Origin: Bacillota bacterium
Lineage (GTDB): Bacteria > Bacillota > UBA994
Assembly (NCBI GenBank): GCA_009773495.1
Contig: WSXW01000006.1
Location: 9,202-73,201 of the forward strand
Length of the DNA stretch: 64,000 nucleotides
Direction: 5' to 3'
The position numbers and the translations under genes were made by a program. The notes below the pieces were generated by a model. It ran no database searches and was not told where the DNA came from. It saw nothing but the letters and a program-made list of their open reading frames with translations. Positions 31,652 to 40,732 of the stretch are shown piece by piece. Position 1 is the first letter of the stretch; every line of letters begins with the position of its first letter.

Positions 31652-32637
31652 AAATCCCCTTTATTAAAATGGTTGTACGCCGTGTTAATAGGTCTTGCGC
31701 CAGAAGCCGAGAGCAATGATACCCCCTGCCCCCTCTTAACAGTACCGACCACACTTGCTCCTGGCAATACCTGGATTAGATGTGGTAATAGGCTTGGTGC
31801 TATACAGAACACAAGCTCATAGTCTTCTCCCCCGTATAAGGCATAACCTAGGGGATCCTCGCCACTGTGCTTAGCAATCTGCTCGGCTTTGGAGCAGATA
31901 GGTATATCTTCATCTACTAGCTCGATCGATACACCGCTGGCTTCCGCTATTTCTAGCGCCTCACTAGCGAGACCATCGGAGATATCGTTAGCGCATTTAC
32001 AGCCTAAGCGAGTCAATGCCTGGCCTTCTTCTACACGTGGGTGCGGCTGGTAATGCTTAGCCAAAACGTAGGGAGCTACAGGCAAGCCTCGCGGAACCTT
32101 CCCTGTTACTACTCTGAGTCCCGCCGCGCTCCCTCCTAAGGGACCGGTGACGCATACTAAATCCCCCACCTGCGCATTCTTACGGAGCATTTCTTTCCCC
32201 GGCTCAATTTCGCCGATGAGAGCGATGTTGAGCATTATTTTCGGCCCCCTGCTCGTGTCTCCCCCCACGAGCGCCACGCCGTAGAGGACACAACACTCGC
32301 CTAGGCCACGATAAACATCCTGCAACCATTCAACCAAAGTCTCACCGGGAGCTACTAAGGTTATGACGGCGAACCTAGGCTTGCCCCCCATAGCCGCGAT
32401 GTCACTGATATTACTGGCTAGGAGCTTAAAACCAACGTCTTCACCTCTCGCTGTAGCTAAAAAGTGCACGTCCTCAACCATGCAATCGCAGGTATAGACA
32501 ATACGCATTCCAGAGGTTATTTCAACGACTGCTGCATCATCTCCTGCCGGAACAATGACGCCCTCAAAGTGAGGTTGATCGCGTAGCAAAGCTTTTATTA
32601 GCCCAAATTCGCCTAGGTCCTTGATTTGCATTTGCAT
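31648..32637 (-). CDS. thiL: Thiamine-monophosphate kinase
   Basis: 329 aa AIR-synthase-like fold with LGEFGLI N-terminus. Its position upstream of tsaE matches B. subtilis. Confidence 0.85.
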   Translation of the reverse strand: MQMQIKDLGEFGLIKALLRDQPHFEGVIVPAGDDAAVVEITSGMRIVYTCDCMVEDVHFLATARGEDVGFKLLASNISDIAAMGGKPRFAVITLVAPGETLVEWLQDVYRGLGECCVLYGVALVGGDTSRGPKIMLNIALIGEIEPGKEMLRKNAQVGDLVCVTGPLGGSAAGLRVVTGKVPRGLPVAPYVLAKHYQPHPRVEEGQALTRLGCKCANDISDGLASEALEIAEASGVSIELVDEDIPICSKAEQIAKHSGEDPLGYALYGGEDYELVFCIAPSLLPHLIQVLPGASVVGTVKRGQGVSLLSASGARPINTAYNHFNKGDL

Positions 32638-32785
32638 CGTGCCTCGTTCCTTGTTATGGTATTACTAATTATATCAACAGAAAAGGCAGGTCTCAACCTG
32701 CCTGGATAGCTTTCTACTGGCTTCTCCTTGGTCATTGACATCCTAGCCTCTTCCCTCGACAATAGACTACAGAGGAGGCGAAGAT

Positions 32786-33682
32786 ATGAACAACAACAAG
32801 ATCTCACAGTGGGTGGCGGATATATCGCTCCTATTTGTAACCCTAGTTTGGGGCGCAACCTTCGTGATGGTCAAGGATGTAATCCGTGAGATGCCGCCTC
32901 TTTATTTTCTAGGCATACGCTTTACCCTCGCGGCTGCAGCCCTCATGCTAATTCCTAATACGCTCAGGGGGCTATCTAAGCACTGGTCGCTGGTAATCAT
33001 ACCGGGCATTGCCTTAGGCTTGGGATACGCCTTACAAACCTTTGGCTTACTGCATACCAGCGCCTCGAGGGCTGGCTTTATAACTGGCTTGGCTGTAGTC
33101 TTAGTGCCGCTATTTGAGAGTGTCATACGACAGAAATGGCCTGGCAAATACGTAACCACAGGGGTACTACTAGCCACTATCGGGCTACTCCTCATGAGTG
33201 GCACTTCCAGCAACCCCTTTAACATAGGCGACCTCTTAGTGCTAGGCTGTGCCGTTAGCTTTGCTGTGCAGATTATCCTCGTGGGGAGAACTGCAGACAA
33301 AGTCCCCCCGCTCTCTTTTGCGGTGGGCATGGTGGGAGTTGCTGCACTTAGCTTTTGGCCCTTGGCTTTAGTCTTTGAACCACGCCCAGTGACGTTTAGT
33401 GGACAAACCCTCTTTGCCATCTTGCTCACTGCTCTCTTGGCTACTAGCCTAGCCTTCTATTTGCAGTGCAAGATGCAGCAGTTTACTAGCACCAGCCACA
33501 CTGCACTCATCTTTTCGGCAGAGCCGGTTTTTGCCGGCCTGTTTGGCTACCTATTGGCAGGCGAAATCCTCGGACCGTTAGGCATAGTAGGCGGAGGGTT
33601 AATTGTGCTCGGAATTGTAGTAGCAGAGTGGAGGGCGTTGCCCACAGCTTCTAGGGAGGCAGGGGAACCAGGACGTGATTAA
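32786..33682 (+). CDS. EamA/DMT-family transporter
   Basis: 298 aa, about 10 TM segments in two EamA-like halves. ATG is preceded by GAGGAGG. Confidence 0.8.
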   Translation: MNNNKISQWVADISLLFVTLVWGATFVMVKDVIREMPPLYFLGIRFTLAAAALMLIPNTLRGLSKHWSLVIIPGIALGLGYALQTFGLLHTSASRAGFITGLAVVLVPLFESVIRQKWPGKYVTTGVLLATIGLLLMSGTSSNPFNIGDLLVLGCAVSFAVQIILVGRTADKVPPLSFAVGMVGVAALSFWPLALVFEPRPVTFSGQTLFAILLTALLATSLAFYLQCKMQQFTSTSHTALIFSAEPVFAGLFGYLLAGEILGPLGIVGGGLIVLGIVVAEWRALPTASREAGEPGRD

Positions 33683-33868
33683 CCTGAGCCCGACCGAAGT
33701 CGGAGTAGCAGCCATGGGGCAGACATTCCCGGGTCGGTGCCGTCGGTGACCCGGGGCTACACACTTAGAACCCCGCGTATACGTCCCCACTAGGACCTAG
33801 AAACAGGAACCAGCACTGAGATCTGGAAACGCTCTACGCCTCCATGTGCCATATACCATGTGCCGTAC

Positions 33869-34162
33869 CTAACGCTGTTTCGCCAATTCCTCTACCCGCA
33901 CTAGAAACTTCTCGAGCTTCTGCCTGTCATCTAAGATAAACCCTAGTTGGTGCATCATATCCTCCGAAAGTCCGTACGTTGCTGGGATAAAACCAAATGC
34001 GTGCATTGTCTGCCCTAGGGCAAACGAGGCGGGCTTCATCATTTCCCCTAAAAATATAGCTGGTACTTCCATACCATATTTATGAACCTTTTGGGCCATC
34101 GCTTCGATTAGCTGGTCCTGTTTTTCGGATTTTGGCTGTGGGACTGGGGTAAGCTCTAGCAT
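33869..34162 (-). CDS. Small protein of unknown function (paralog 1)
   Basis: 97 aa. It is clearly homologous to the 134-aa ORF at 37535-37939: KVHKYGMEVPAIFLGEMMKPASFALGQ vs KVEKYNLITPAILFLQMSKPLSFVGSQ, and ILDDRQKLEKFL vs IMADRENVERLL. Confidence 0.6.
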   Translation of the reverse strand: MLELTPVPQPKSEKQDQLIEAMAQKVHKYGMEVPAIFLGEMMKPASFALGQTMHAFGFIPATYGLSEDMMHQLGFILDDRQKLEKFLVRVEELAKQR

Positions 34163-34332
34163 GGTAAACCTCCCTTGCGATTTATATCCATATTATGCGC
34201 AAAATGTGGAGGAATTAGCACGCAACGAGCTGTGAGCGTTGAGCATTGAGGAGATGATTTTAGGCGTGTTCTGTGTACGGCTCCACGAGAAACTAAGAAC
34301 CAGAAACTGGGAGCACTCCGTTCCATTACATG

Positions 34333-34369
34333 AAAAAGGTACCCGGGGCACTAGCTCCGGGTACCTTTT
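34333..34369. terminator. Bidirectional-type terminator after the 372-aa gene
   Basis: aaaaa-ggtacccgg-(10-nt loop)-ccgggtacc-tttt, 18 nt after the stop at 34387. Confidence 0.75.
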
Positions 34370-34386
34370 GAATTCGGTTATTAGCT

Positions 34387-35505
34387 CTAGCCTTCGATTA
34401 ACTCAACGTTAGCACGGGGAATGGTAACAATCTCGCCAGATCGCAGTTTAGCAGTAAGAACACGAACCTTAGCCCCTGTCTCAATTACGTGCAGCTCAGG
34501 TGGAAGGCTGTTGACTGTAGCTAGCTTGCCAAAATAAGGCTCACGAATAATGCGAACGGGTGTACCGAATTCCATACCACCCTCTGTATCTCTCTCCATA
34601 ACACTATGGAGCTCGGAGGACGGAACGATAATCTCCGGACGCATTACACCTGCACGGATCTGGGTAGCGCCGTTGATAGAAGCTACCTTACCGTTAAGCG
34701 ACTTGAGCAGGCTAAAAGTCTTATCTGCCATGTTGATTTGGCCGAAGCCCTCGGTGAGGATGACAGTGATGGGGATATCTTCGGCGCCGGTGATAGCCAC
34801 GCCGATATCATGGCCGAGGTATTCAATAAGGTCCTTATCAATGATGCCGCCAGCGACCAAACCGGCAACACCAAGCTCTGCCGCTCTTTTAAGAGCCTCT
34901 GCAGTAACAAGCGAACCACCCACAATAATTTTACCCTTGTGTTCAGGCTTAATCTTGTCGCCGGAGAGAATTTCACTGTTATCTTTAGCCACGAACTCAA
35001 GAGTCCCCTGCGTCTCGCCACCTACGCCGAAAATGCCTTGGATAAGAGCTGCCGGGGTTTCAATAACTACACCTTCCCTAGGCAAAATCTCTACTACCTT
35101 GCCGTGAATGTAGGCCGGGATTGATACAGGAACAGATGGACGACGCATGGTAACAACACCGGTAACCTCAGAAATGATATCGATTGTACCATCAACGGTA
35201 GAAACTATCTCATTTTTGAAAAGACCGAAAAAGGACTTCTTGATAGCGATAGGTTGGCCCTTCTTAATGCTGTCTCCCTTTTTCACGACCATGAACTCCA
35301 TGATCTCGTCGCCTTCAAGTCCAAGTTGGTTAGCAATATTGATGGTTTCAGGGTCGCCAGGGATTTGGGTACGGGCGATTACGTCATGTGGTTTAACCAC
35401 GTCGCCTATTTTTACCATAACCTCGCCGGCGATGGGGAGGCGGCGGCGCTTGCGCACCATAATCGACTCTGCTACAAGCAATCCAGGTGTATATGCACTA
35501 GCCAT
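34387..35505 (-). CDS. Conserved-looking 372-aa protein of unknown function (two lipoyl/biotinyl-like hairpins plus a Gly-rich alpha/beta region)
   Basis: GEVMVKIGDVVKPHDVIA and VVKKGDSIKKGQPIA resemble barrel-sandwich hybrid hairpins. These are followed by KIIVGGSLVTAEALKRAAELGVAGLVAGG and ILTEGFG. It lies 17 nt downstream of the GlmL-like gene. Confidence 0.7.
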   Translation of the reverse strand: MASAYTPGLLVAESIMVRKRRRLPIAGEVMVKIGDVVKPHDVIARTQIPGDPETINIANQLGLEGDEIMEFMVVKKGDSIKKGQPIAIKKSFFGLFKNEIVSTVDGTIDIISEVTGVVTMRRPSVPVSIPAYIHGKVVEILPREGVVIETPAALIQGIFGVGGETQGTLEFVAKDNSEILSGDKIKPEHKGKIIVGGSLVTAEALKRAAELGVAGLVAGGIIDKDLIEYLGHDIGVAITGAEDIPITVILTEGFGQINMADKTFSLLKSLNGKVASINGATQIRAGVMRPEIIVPSSELHSVMERDTEGGMEFGTPVRIIREPYFGKLATVNSLPPELHVIETGAKVRVLTAKLRSGEIVTIPRANVELIEG

Positions 35506-35521
35506 TTAATTCACTCCTCCC

Positions 35522-37351
35522 TTAACCAAGGTACTTCTCAAGAATATCCATCGGGTAAACATCTAACGCTCTGATCCACTCGACCAACTTCGCGATGCGT
35601 TTGGCCTTATCCGTTGGTAGCCCCAAGGGCAGACGACCACGAGCATCGATGATCAGACCAACAGTACCGCCTTCAACCTTCTGGTGAACTTCATGCCCCT
35701 TGCCTTTGCCTAGGTCAAAGTTGCGAGAAGGTTTAGCATGAACCTCTGCAGTTTCATCCTCTGCCAACGGAATAAGATGTATGCTACCATAGGCTGCCTT
35801 AACTTCATGGGTTTTGCCGGTTGATGTAGTAACCTTCACTGTTACGCACTCTTCGCCTTCCTTGGCAATGCCCGAGGGAGCAATGGCAGTACCTAAACGA
35901 ATAAGACAGTCACGATCAAATACTTGCTGAGCAGCTTCAGGGTTAACAGTAGACAAAACACCCAGATGAGGCATCATGAAGATACTATCGACAGCGAGCT
36001 GAGTAAAGAACTCTGGCAGGAATGAGTCTAGCATCATCAAAGCGCTCTGGGCGCGGCGAGGTGCATGAGAGAGAACTCCACCCGAGCCTACGATCATACC
36101 TAGTTCTTGTACGTTAACGAGGGTAGCGCCAGAGCCCGATTGCGTAAAGGCTTCACTGATGTCACGCACTTTTTGTACACCGCGGAGACCTACTGCAAGG
36201 GACTTGTGATGTTCAAACGCGAGGCGAAGAGCTTCACGCGCAATAGCTTGCTCAATAATGAGGTCCTGCATAGTTTGAGGAATCGTAGTGGGTCGAATCA
36301 TCTTGTTACGGATACGGTTGCGCAGGTCTGCCGAGTCAATGTCAAACGGAACCCAGCGCATGATATTATCAAGGCCAGCCTCAAGCATTACATTACAAAT
36401 ACTATAACTCATACCTAGGTTGGCACTAACTGTACGGTTAAATGTGTCAGCAAAAACGGAGAATATGTCTGTAGTAGCTCCGCCAATATCTACACCCACA
36501 ACGGGCATGTTTTTCTGTGCAGCGGTAGTCTGAATCATCTTACCTACAGCACCGGGAGTGGGCATGATCGGCACATCAGTCCAACTCATGAGTTTATTAT
36601 AGCCAGGAGCCTGGGCCATAACGTGCTCCATGAAGAGATTATGAATTTCCTCACGAGCTGGACCTAGTACTTCACGCTCTAGTACAGGACGAAGATTGTC
36701 CACTATGCGCAAGTCAACCTTTTCACCTAAAGTACTATCGACATGCTTACGAGCATCTTTGTTTCCGGCGTATATGACAGGTAGCTGGAACCCGATACCC
36801 AAACGTGGACGGGGTTCAGCCGCAGAAATAAGCTCAGCTAATTCCACCACGTGGGTAACTGTTCCGCCATCAATGCCTCCGGACATAAGGATCATGTCAG
36901 GGCGAAGCTGACGGATGCGCTGAATCTTTTGATATGGTAGGCGACCGTCATTGATAGCAATCACATCCATGACAATTGCACCCGCACCTAATGCCGCACG
37001 CTCTGCAGACTCAGCAGACATCTGCTTAACAACACCGGCTACCATCATCTGCAAACCGCCACCAGCAGAACTTGTAGACAGATAGATATCTACGCCTACT
37101 TTAGCATCACGCTGAGGGGTAATAATGCCACTCTCATCTTGGAAGGTGCGCCCTAATAGTTCTTCGATCTCACGGATAGAGTTACGAGCTCCCATTGTAA
37201 CGTCCTCAAAAGGAGCTTCTACAGTTGTTGGTGCCTCACCACGACAAGCCAAACGATATACTCCATCTTGCAATTCAATGAAAATTGCTTTCGTAGTAGT
37301 ACTTCCGCAGTCTGTAGCAAGTATCGATCTAAGTTTACGATTCTGCTCCAT
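35522..37351 (-). CDS. GlmL/MutL-family ASKHA ATPase (long 609-aa form), orphan
   Basis: N-terminal ILATDCGSTTTKAIFIE and the later VGVDIGGATTDIFS phosphate-binding motifs. It is a paralog of the ORF at 58153-59520. Confidence 0.75.
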   Translation of the reverse strand: MEQNRKLRSILATDCGSTTTKAIFIELQDGVYRLACRGEAPTTVEAPFEDVTMGARNSIREIEELLGRTFQDESGIITPQRDAKVGVDIYLSTSSAGGGLQMMVAGVVKQMSAESAERAALGAGAIVMDVIAINDGRLPYQKIQRIRQLRPDMILMSGGIDGGTVTHVVELAELISAAEPRPRLGIGFQLPVIYAGNKDARKHVDSTLGEKVDLRIVDNLRPVLEREVLGPAREEIHNLFMEHVMAQAPGYNKLMSWTDVPIMPTPGAVGKMIQTTAAQKNMPVVGVDIGGATTDIFSVFADTFNRTVSANLGMSYSICNVMLEAGLDNIMRWVPFDIDSADLRNRIRNKMIRPTTIPQTMQDLIIEQAIAREALRLAFEHHKSLAVGLRGVQKVRDISEAFTQSGSGATLVNVQELGMIVGSGGVLSHAPRRAQSALMMLDSFLPEFFTQLAVDSIFMMPHLGVLSTVNPEAAQQVFDRDCLIRLGTAIAPSGIAKEGEECVTVKVTTSTGKTHEVKAAYGSIHLIPLAEDETAEVHAKPSRNFDLGKGKGHEVHQKVEGGTVGLIIDARGRLPLGLPTDKAKRIAKLVEWIRALDVYPMDILEKYLG

Positions 37352-37400
37352 GATTTTGCTTATCCTCCTTTACCACTTCAGGTATCTCGACCATGAAAAA

Positions 37401-37429
37401 ATTATAACAAAGTTTCCTGTCGACCACAA
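37401..37429 (-). promoter_or_regulatory. Sigma-A promoter of the GlmL-like / 372-aa pair
   Basis: Minus strand TTGTGG, 17 nt, then TATAAT, about 50 nt upstream of the ATG at 37351. Confidence 0.5.
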
Positions 37430-37493
37430 ACCAGTGCTCTAAAGTCCACAGGTATACAATATACGACGAGAAAAAATAATCTCCTTCTTAAAA

Positions 37494-37523
37494 AATGAAA
37501 AAACACATCGGTTTCCCGATGTG
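37494..37523 (-). terminator. Terminator after small-protein paralog 2
   Basis: Minus strand CACATCGG-GAAA-CCGATGTG followed by TTTTTTCATTTTT. Confidence 0.75.
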
Positions 37524-37534
37524 CGTCTTCTTGT

Positions 37535-37939
37535 TCAATTGTCGATTTTTTTGTGACCTTTTTCGAGCTTAGTTCGTGCTTTCTCAAGCTTATTCTGATC
37601 TTTTTCGAGCTTTTCCTGCTTCGCCCTAATTTCCTCACGGTCTTCGAGTAAAGTCAACAATCTCTCTACATTTTCTCTATCAGCCATAATTTGCCCGAAG
37701 TCCTCAATCAGTCTTTCGTCAATAAACGCTCCTGCGATGGGGGCACTAAACAACACAGCTTGGCTGCCCACAAACGAGAGTGGCTTACTCATTTGAAGAA
37801 AAAGGATTGCCGGTGTAATAAGGTTGTACTTCTCTACTTTCTTAGCGATTGCCAAGAGAATCTCATCACGGCGCTCTGGCTTTAGATCTTGCAGACCCGA
37901 TAACACCATGTTTTTCACCTGCCCTTTCATAATTTTCAA
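37535..37939 (-). CDS. Small protein of unknown function (paralog 2) with a Lys/Glu-rich coiled-coil tail
   Basis: 134 aa, homologous to 33869-34162. The C-terminal tail is EEIRAKQEKLEKDQNKLEKARTKLEKGHKK. Confidence 0.6.
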   Translation of the reverse strand: MKIMKGQVKNMVLSGLQDLKPERRDEILLAIAKKVEKYNLITPAILFLQMSKPLSFVGSQAVLFSAPIAGAFIDERLIEDFGQIMADRENVERLLTLLEDREEIRAKQEKLEKDQNKLEKARTKLEKGHKKIDN

Positions 37940-37984
37940 ATAGGGGCTGTCTAAAAGCTCTCAAGTAGGGCCCCTCTTTCAGAA

Positions 37985-38482
37985 CTACAACGTAGTCTGG
38001 CTTTCCTGACTGATGTATTTATCGACTATCCTAAGAATCTCACTACTGTTATCTTCCCCAAAATAGACGAACATGCCCGGATTAAGGCGATTGCGCAGTT
38101 TGCCCTTGCCATGGCTCAGTTGTACCCCATCTTTAAATTTTACCACTTTTAAGAACGCTGACCATGGCTTAAAGGAATAACCCAGACCGGCCCCTTGCTC
38201 TACTCCTACAGTGGTGAGGCGATATCGTGAGGGGAAAATGAAATTGTTAAATGCCCCGACCATAAGCACTGTAGCAAATGCCACCCACATCAAATCCCAA
38301 TAGGCTACATATACAAGAGCTAAGAAGGCAAGGGTACTGGCAAAAAAAATCTTTGCCTTGCGTGGATCACGTCGCAAAGGACTGACAGTCCAGGCGAGTA
38401 GCTCTTCACCCCTTATGTTGGTATTCCCCTGGTTTCTTTGGGGTTCAATAGTAGGAGTTATTTTATTTTTTTTATTCGCCAT
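37985..38482 (-). CDS. Membrane protein, unknown function (TM hairpin plus a small soluble domain)
   Basis: 165 aa with two hydrophobic helices (IFFASTLAFLALVYVAYW and MWVAFATVLMVGAF). I recognised no family. Confidence 0.5.
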   Translation of the reverse strand: MANKKNKITPTIEPQRNQGNTNIRGEELLAWTVSPLRRDPRKAKIFFASTLAFLALVYVAYWDLMWVAFATVLMVGAFNNFIFPSRYRLTTVGVEQGAGLGYSFKPWSAFLKVVKFKDGVQLSHGKGKLRNRLNPGMFVYFGEDNSSEILRIVDKYISQESQTTL

Positions 38483-38573
38483 GTTAATCCCTCCTTTCAG
38501 CTGTGCAATGTTGCCATCTCTCCCACCACCCTATTAGCGACGAATAACTTAAATCCTATCCCTTGGTCTAGCG

Positions 38574-39293
38574 TTACCTTCGCCTGACATAGTTTATCGA
38601 AGCCCCCACCAAGGCGTTAAACAGGGCGTCGTAATTGTCTTCTACATTCCACATGCCTTCAGGATGCCATTGCAGCCCGAGAGCAAAGGTGTGCTGCACT
38701 GATTCAATGGCTTCTATAACGCCATCCGGAGCACTAGCTGAGATGACAAACCCTGATGGCACATCTTTCACTGACTGGTGATGAAAACTATTGACCCGCA
38801 ACATGCCTGGCCCTAAAATCTGTGCCAGTTTAGTGTTTGCGGTAACAGTCGCGCTGTGCGTCATATAGTGTCGCGGTGCATCTTGCCGATGCTTAAGGGG
38901 ACTTTTAATGCTCGCGGGGATATCTTGAATCAAGGTGCCTCCGACCGCAATATTGAGCATCTGCTCGCCCCTGCAAATACCTAAGATGGGCATATCCCGC
39001 TTTAGCGCTTCTTGAATCAGCGGTATTTCGTAAGCATCCATGGTGGGATGGATATTGCCCAAGGCGGGGTGAGGCTCTTCTCCGAAATAGACTGGGTCTG
39101 CATCAGGTCCCCCGCTTACAACTAACCCATTTATAATATTTAGATGCTGTAAGATGTCGGACTCAGACTTAAGACAAGGCAATAATATGGGGATGCCACC
39201 AGCCTTGTTGATAGCACTGATATATGTATCATTTTGGCGGTGCACACCAGCGCTATAATCGTGATAGCACGTAATGCCTATTATTGGCTTCAT
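38574..39293 (-). CDS. Class I glutamine amidotransferase-like peptidase C26 (gamma-glutamyl-GABA hydrolase family)
   Basis: KPIIGIT N-terminus, nucleophile context GICRGEQMLN, and HHQ. The ATG at 39293 forms an ATGA overlap with the upstream gene. Confidence 0.75.
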   Translation of the reverse strand: MKPIIGITCYHDYSAGVHRQNDTYISAINKAGGIPILLPCLKSESDILQHLNIINGLVVSGGPDADPVYFGEEPHPALGNIHPTMDAYEIPLIQEALKRDMPILGICRGEQMLNIAVGGTLIQDIPASIKSPLKHRQDAPRHYMTHSATVTANTKLAQILGPGMLRVNSFHHQSVKDVPSGFVISASAPDGVIEAIESVQHTFALGLQWHPEGMWNVEDNYDALFNALVGASINYVRRR

Positions 39294-40288
39294 GCGCGTG
39301 GCCTCCAATGCAATTCTTGTTCTGCAAATAGTGCCGGCGAACCGCCGGTGTGCCAGAAAAGTACACTTGAATCATTGGGAATAATACCTTTTCTGGTAAG
39401 GTCTAATAACCCTGCTCCGGCTTTAGCTGTATAGACAGGATCAAGAATTACCCCCTCTAGTTTAGCAAATAGTCTAAGTGCCTCTATAGAGAGCTCAGTG
39501 GGTATACCGTAACCATTGCCTACATATTCATCGTACACGACCACCTCTTCTGGGGTGACGGTAGTATTGAAACCAGCATTACTAAGGGTGTCCCGACATA
39601 AGTTAAAAACCTCGCCACTCAAGCGCTGCTTGGGTCTACTAACACTCATACCTAAAACCTTGATGGGCAAGTTAAACGCCTTTACACCTGCAAGAAGACC
39701 CGCCTGTGTACCAGCTGACCCCGAAGCATGAATAATATACTCGACAGAGATGCCTGCAAGGTCCGTCTGATCCATTAACTCTTTTATTGCCCGAATGTAA
39801 CCTGCAGCGCCAACAGGACTAGAACCCCCTAGTGGAACGATGTAGGGTTTCTGGCCCTGCTGCTTTAATTGCTCTGCTAACTCAATCATTCTTTCGCCTG
39901 CTAATATGCCGTCATCAACACCTAGAAAATGTAGGTTCGCGCCTAATAGCTCATCAAGCAATAAGTTGCCCTGCCGTACTGCTATATCCTGGCTTGTGAA
40001 CACAAGATGACAATCTAACCCTGCCTTGGCTGCAGCAGCTGCTGTCATCCGACAGTGGTTGCTCTGCGGTCCACCTGTTGTAATCAGGGTGTCGCAGCCC
40101 TTTGCTAAGGCATCCCCTACCAAGTATTCAAGCTTTCTCGCTTTATTACCACCAACAGCTAAGCCAGTGTTGTCATCACGCTTTAGATACAGCTCGATGC
40201 CTAAGTTTTGGCTTAGCCTAGGAACATATTCCAGTGCCGTTGGTAAAGCAGCTAGTTTGACGCGAGGCATGTCTTTTAAAAACATCAT
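39290..40288 (-). CDS. PLP-dependent ACC deaminase / D-cysteine desulfhydrase family enzyme
   Basis: 332 aa with YLKRDDNTGLAVGGNKARKLEYL (PLP lysine) and a typical fold-type II layout. Confidence 0.78.
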   Translation of the reverse strand: MMFLKDMPRVKLAALPTALEYVPRLSQNLGIELYLKRDDNTGLAVGGNKARKLEYLVGDALAKGCDTLITTGGPQSNHCRMTAAAAAKAGLDCHLVFTSQDIAVRQGNLLLDELLGANLHFLGVDDGILAGERMIELAEQLKQQGQKPYIVPLGGSSPVGAAGYIRAIKELMDQTDLAGISVEYIIHASGSAGTQAGLLAGVKAFNLPIKVLGMSVSRPKQRLSGEVFNLCRDTLSNAGFNTTVTPEEVVVYDEYVGNGYGIPTELSIEALRLFAKLEGVILDPVYTAKAGAGLLDLTRKGIIPNDSSVLFWHTGGSPALFAEQELHWRPRA

Positions 40289-40349
40289 CCCATCCTCCTC
40301 TCATGCTTATTTTCTCTAATGTCGGGCAGTTTCCTGTCACAGAAAACAA

Positions 40350-40379
40350 AAAGCCCGAGGTCACTCTCAGGCCTTTATT
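40350..40379 (-). terminator. Terminator after mazF
   Basis: Minus strand GCCTGAG-AGTGAC-CTCGGGC followed by TTTTTGTTTTC. Confidence 0.65.
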
Positions 40380-40730
40380 TTAGAAGGGAATAATCCCTAG
40401 GCTTATTTCTAAAGCTGCGCTGACGCGCTCCATCACCTCTGTTTCTAGATGGGCGATTTTATGTGTCAGCCTCTGTTTATCAATAGTACGGACTTGTTCT
40501 AAAAGAACGACACTGTTTCGCTCTAGGCCTGTCTCGCTTGCGGACACCTCTACATGGGTGGGCAGTCGCGCCTTATCTATCTGCGATGTTATGGCAGCCA
40601 CTATAACTGTAGGACTATATTTATTACCAACATCGTTCTGTATAATTAAGACTGGGCGAACTCCACCTTGCTCAGAGCCCACAACAGGGCTTAGGTCGGC
40701 ATAGAAAATGTCGCCACGCTTGATATTCAA
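40380..40730 (-). CDS. mazF: MazF/EndoA (PemK-family) mRNA interferase toxin
   Basis: 116 aa, [33 protein letters not shown], close to B. subtilis NdoA. Confidence 0.93.
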   Translation of the reverse strand: MNIKRGDIFYADLSPVVGSEQGGVRPVLIIQNDVGNKYSPTVIVAAITSQIDKARLPTHVEVSASETGLERNSVVLLEQVRTIDKQRLTHKIAHLETEVMERVSAALEISLGIIPF

Positions 40731-40732
40731 AC

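Noticed and set aside
32613-32858. 81-aa minus-strand ORF in the thiL / EamA divergent region
   Set aside because: It overlaps the start of the EamA gene on the opposite strand and the thiL 5' end. There is no SD and no recognisable motif.
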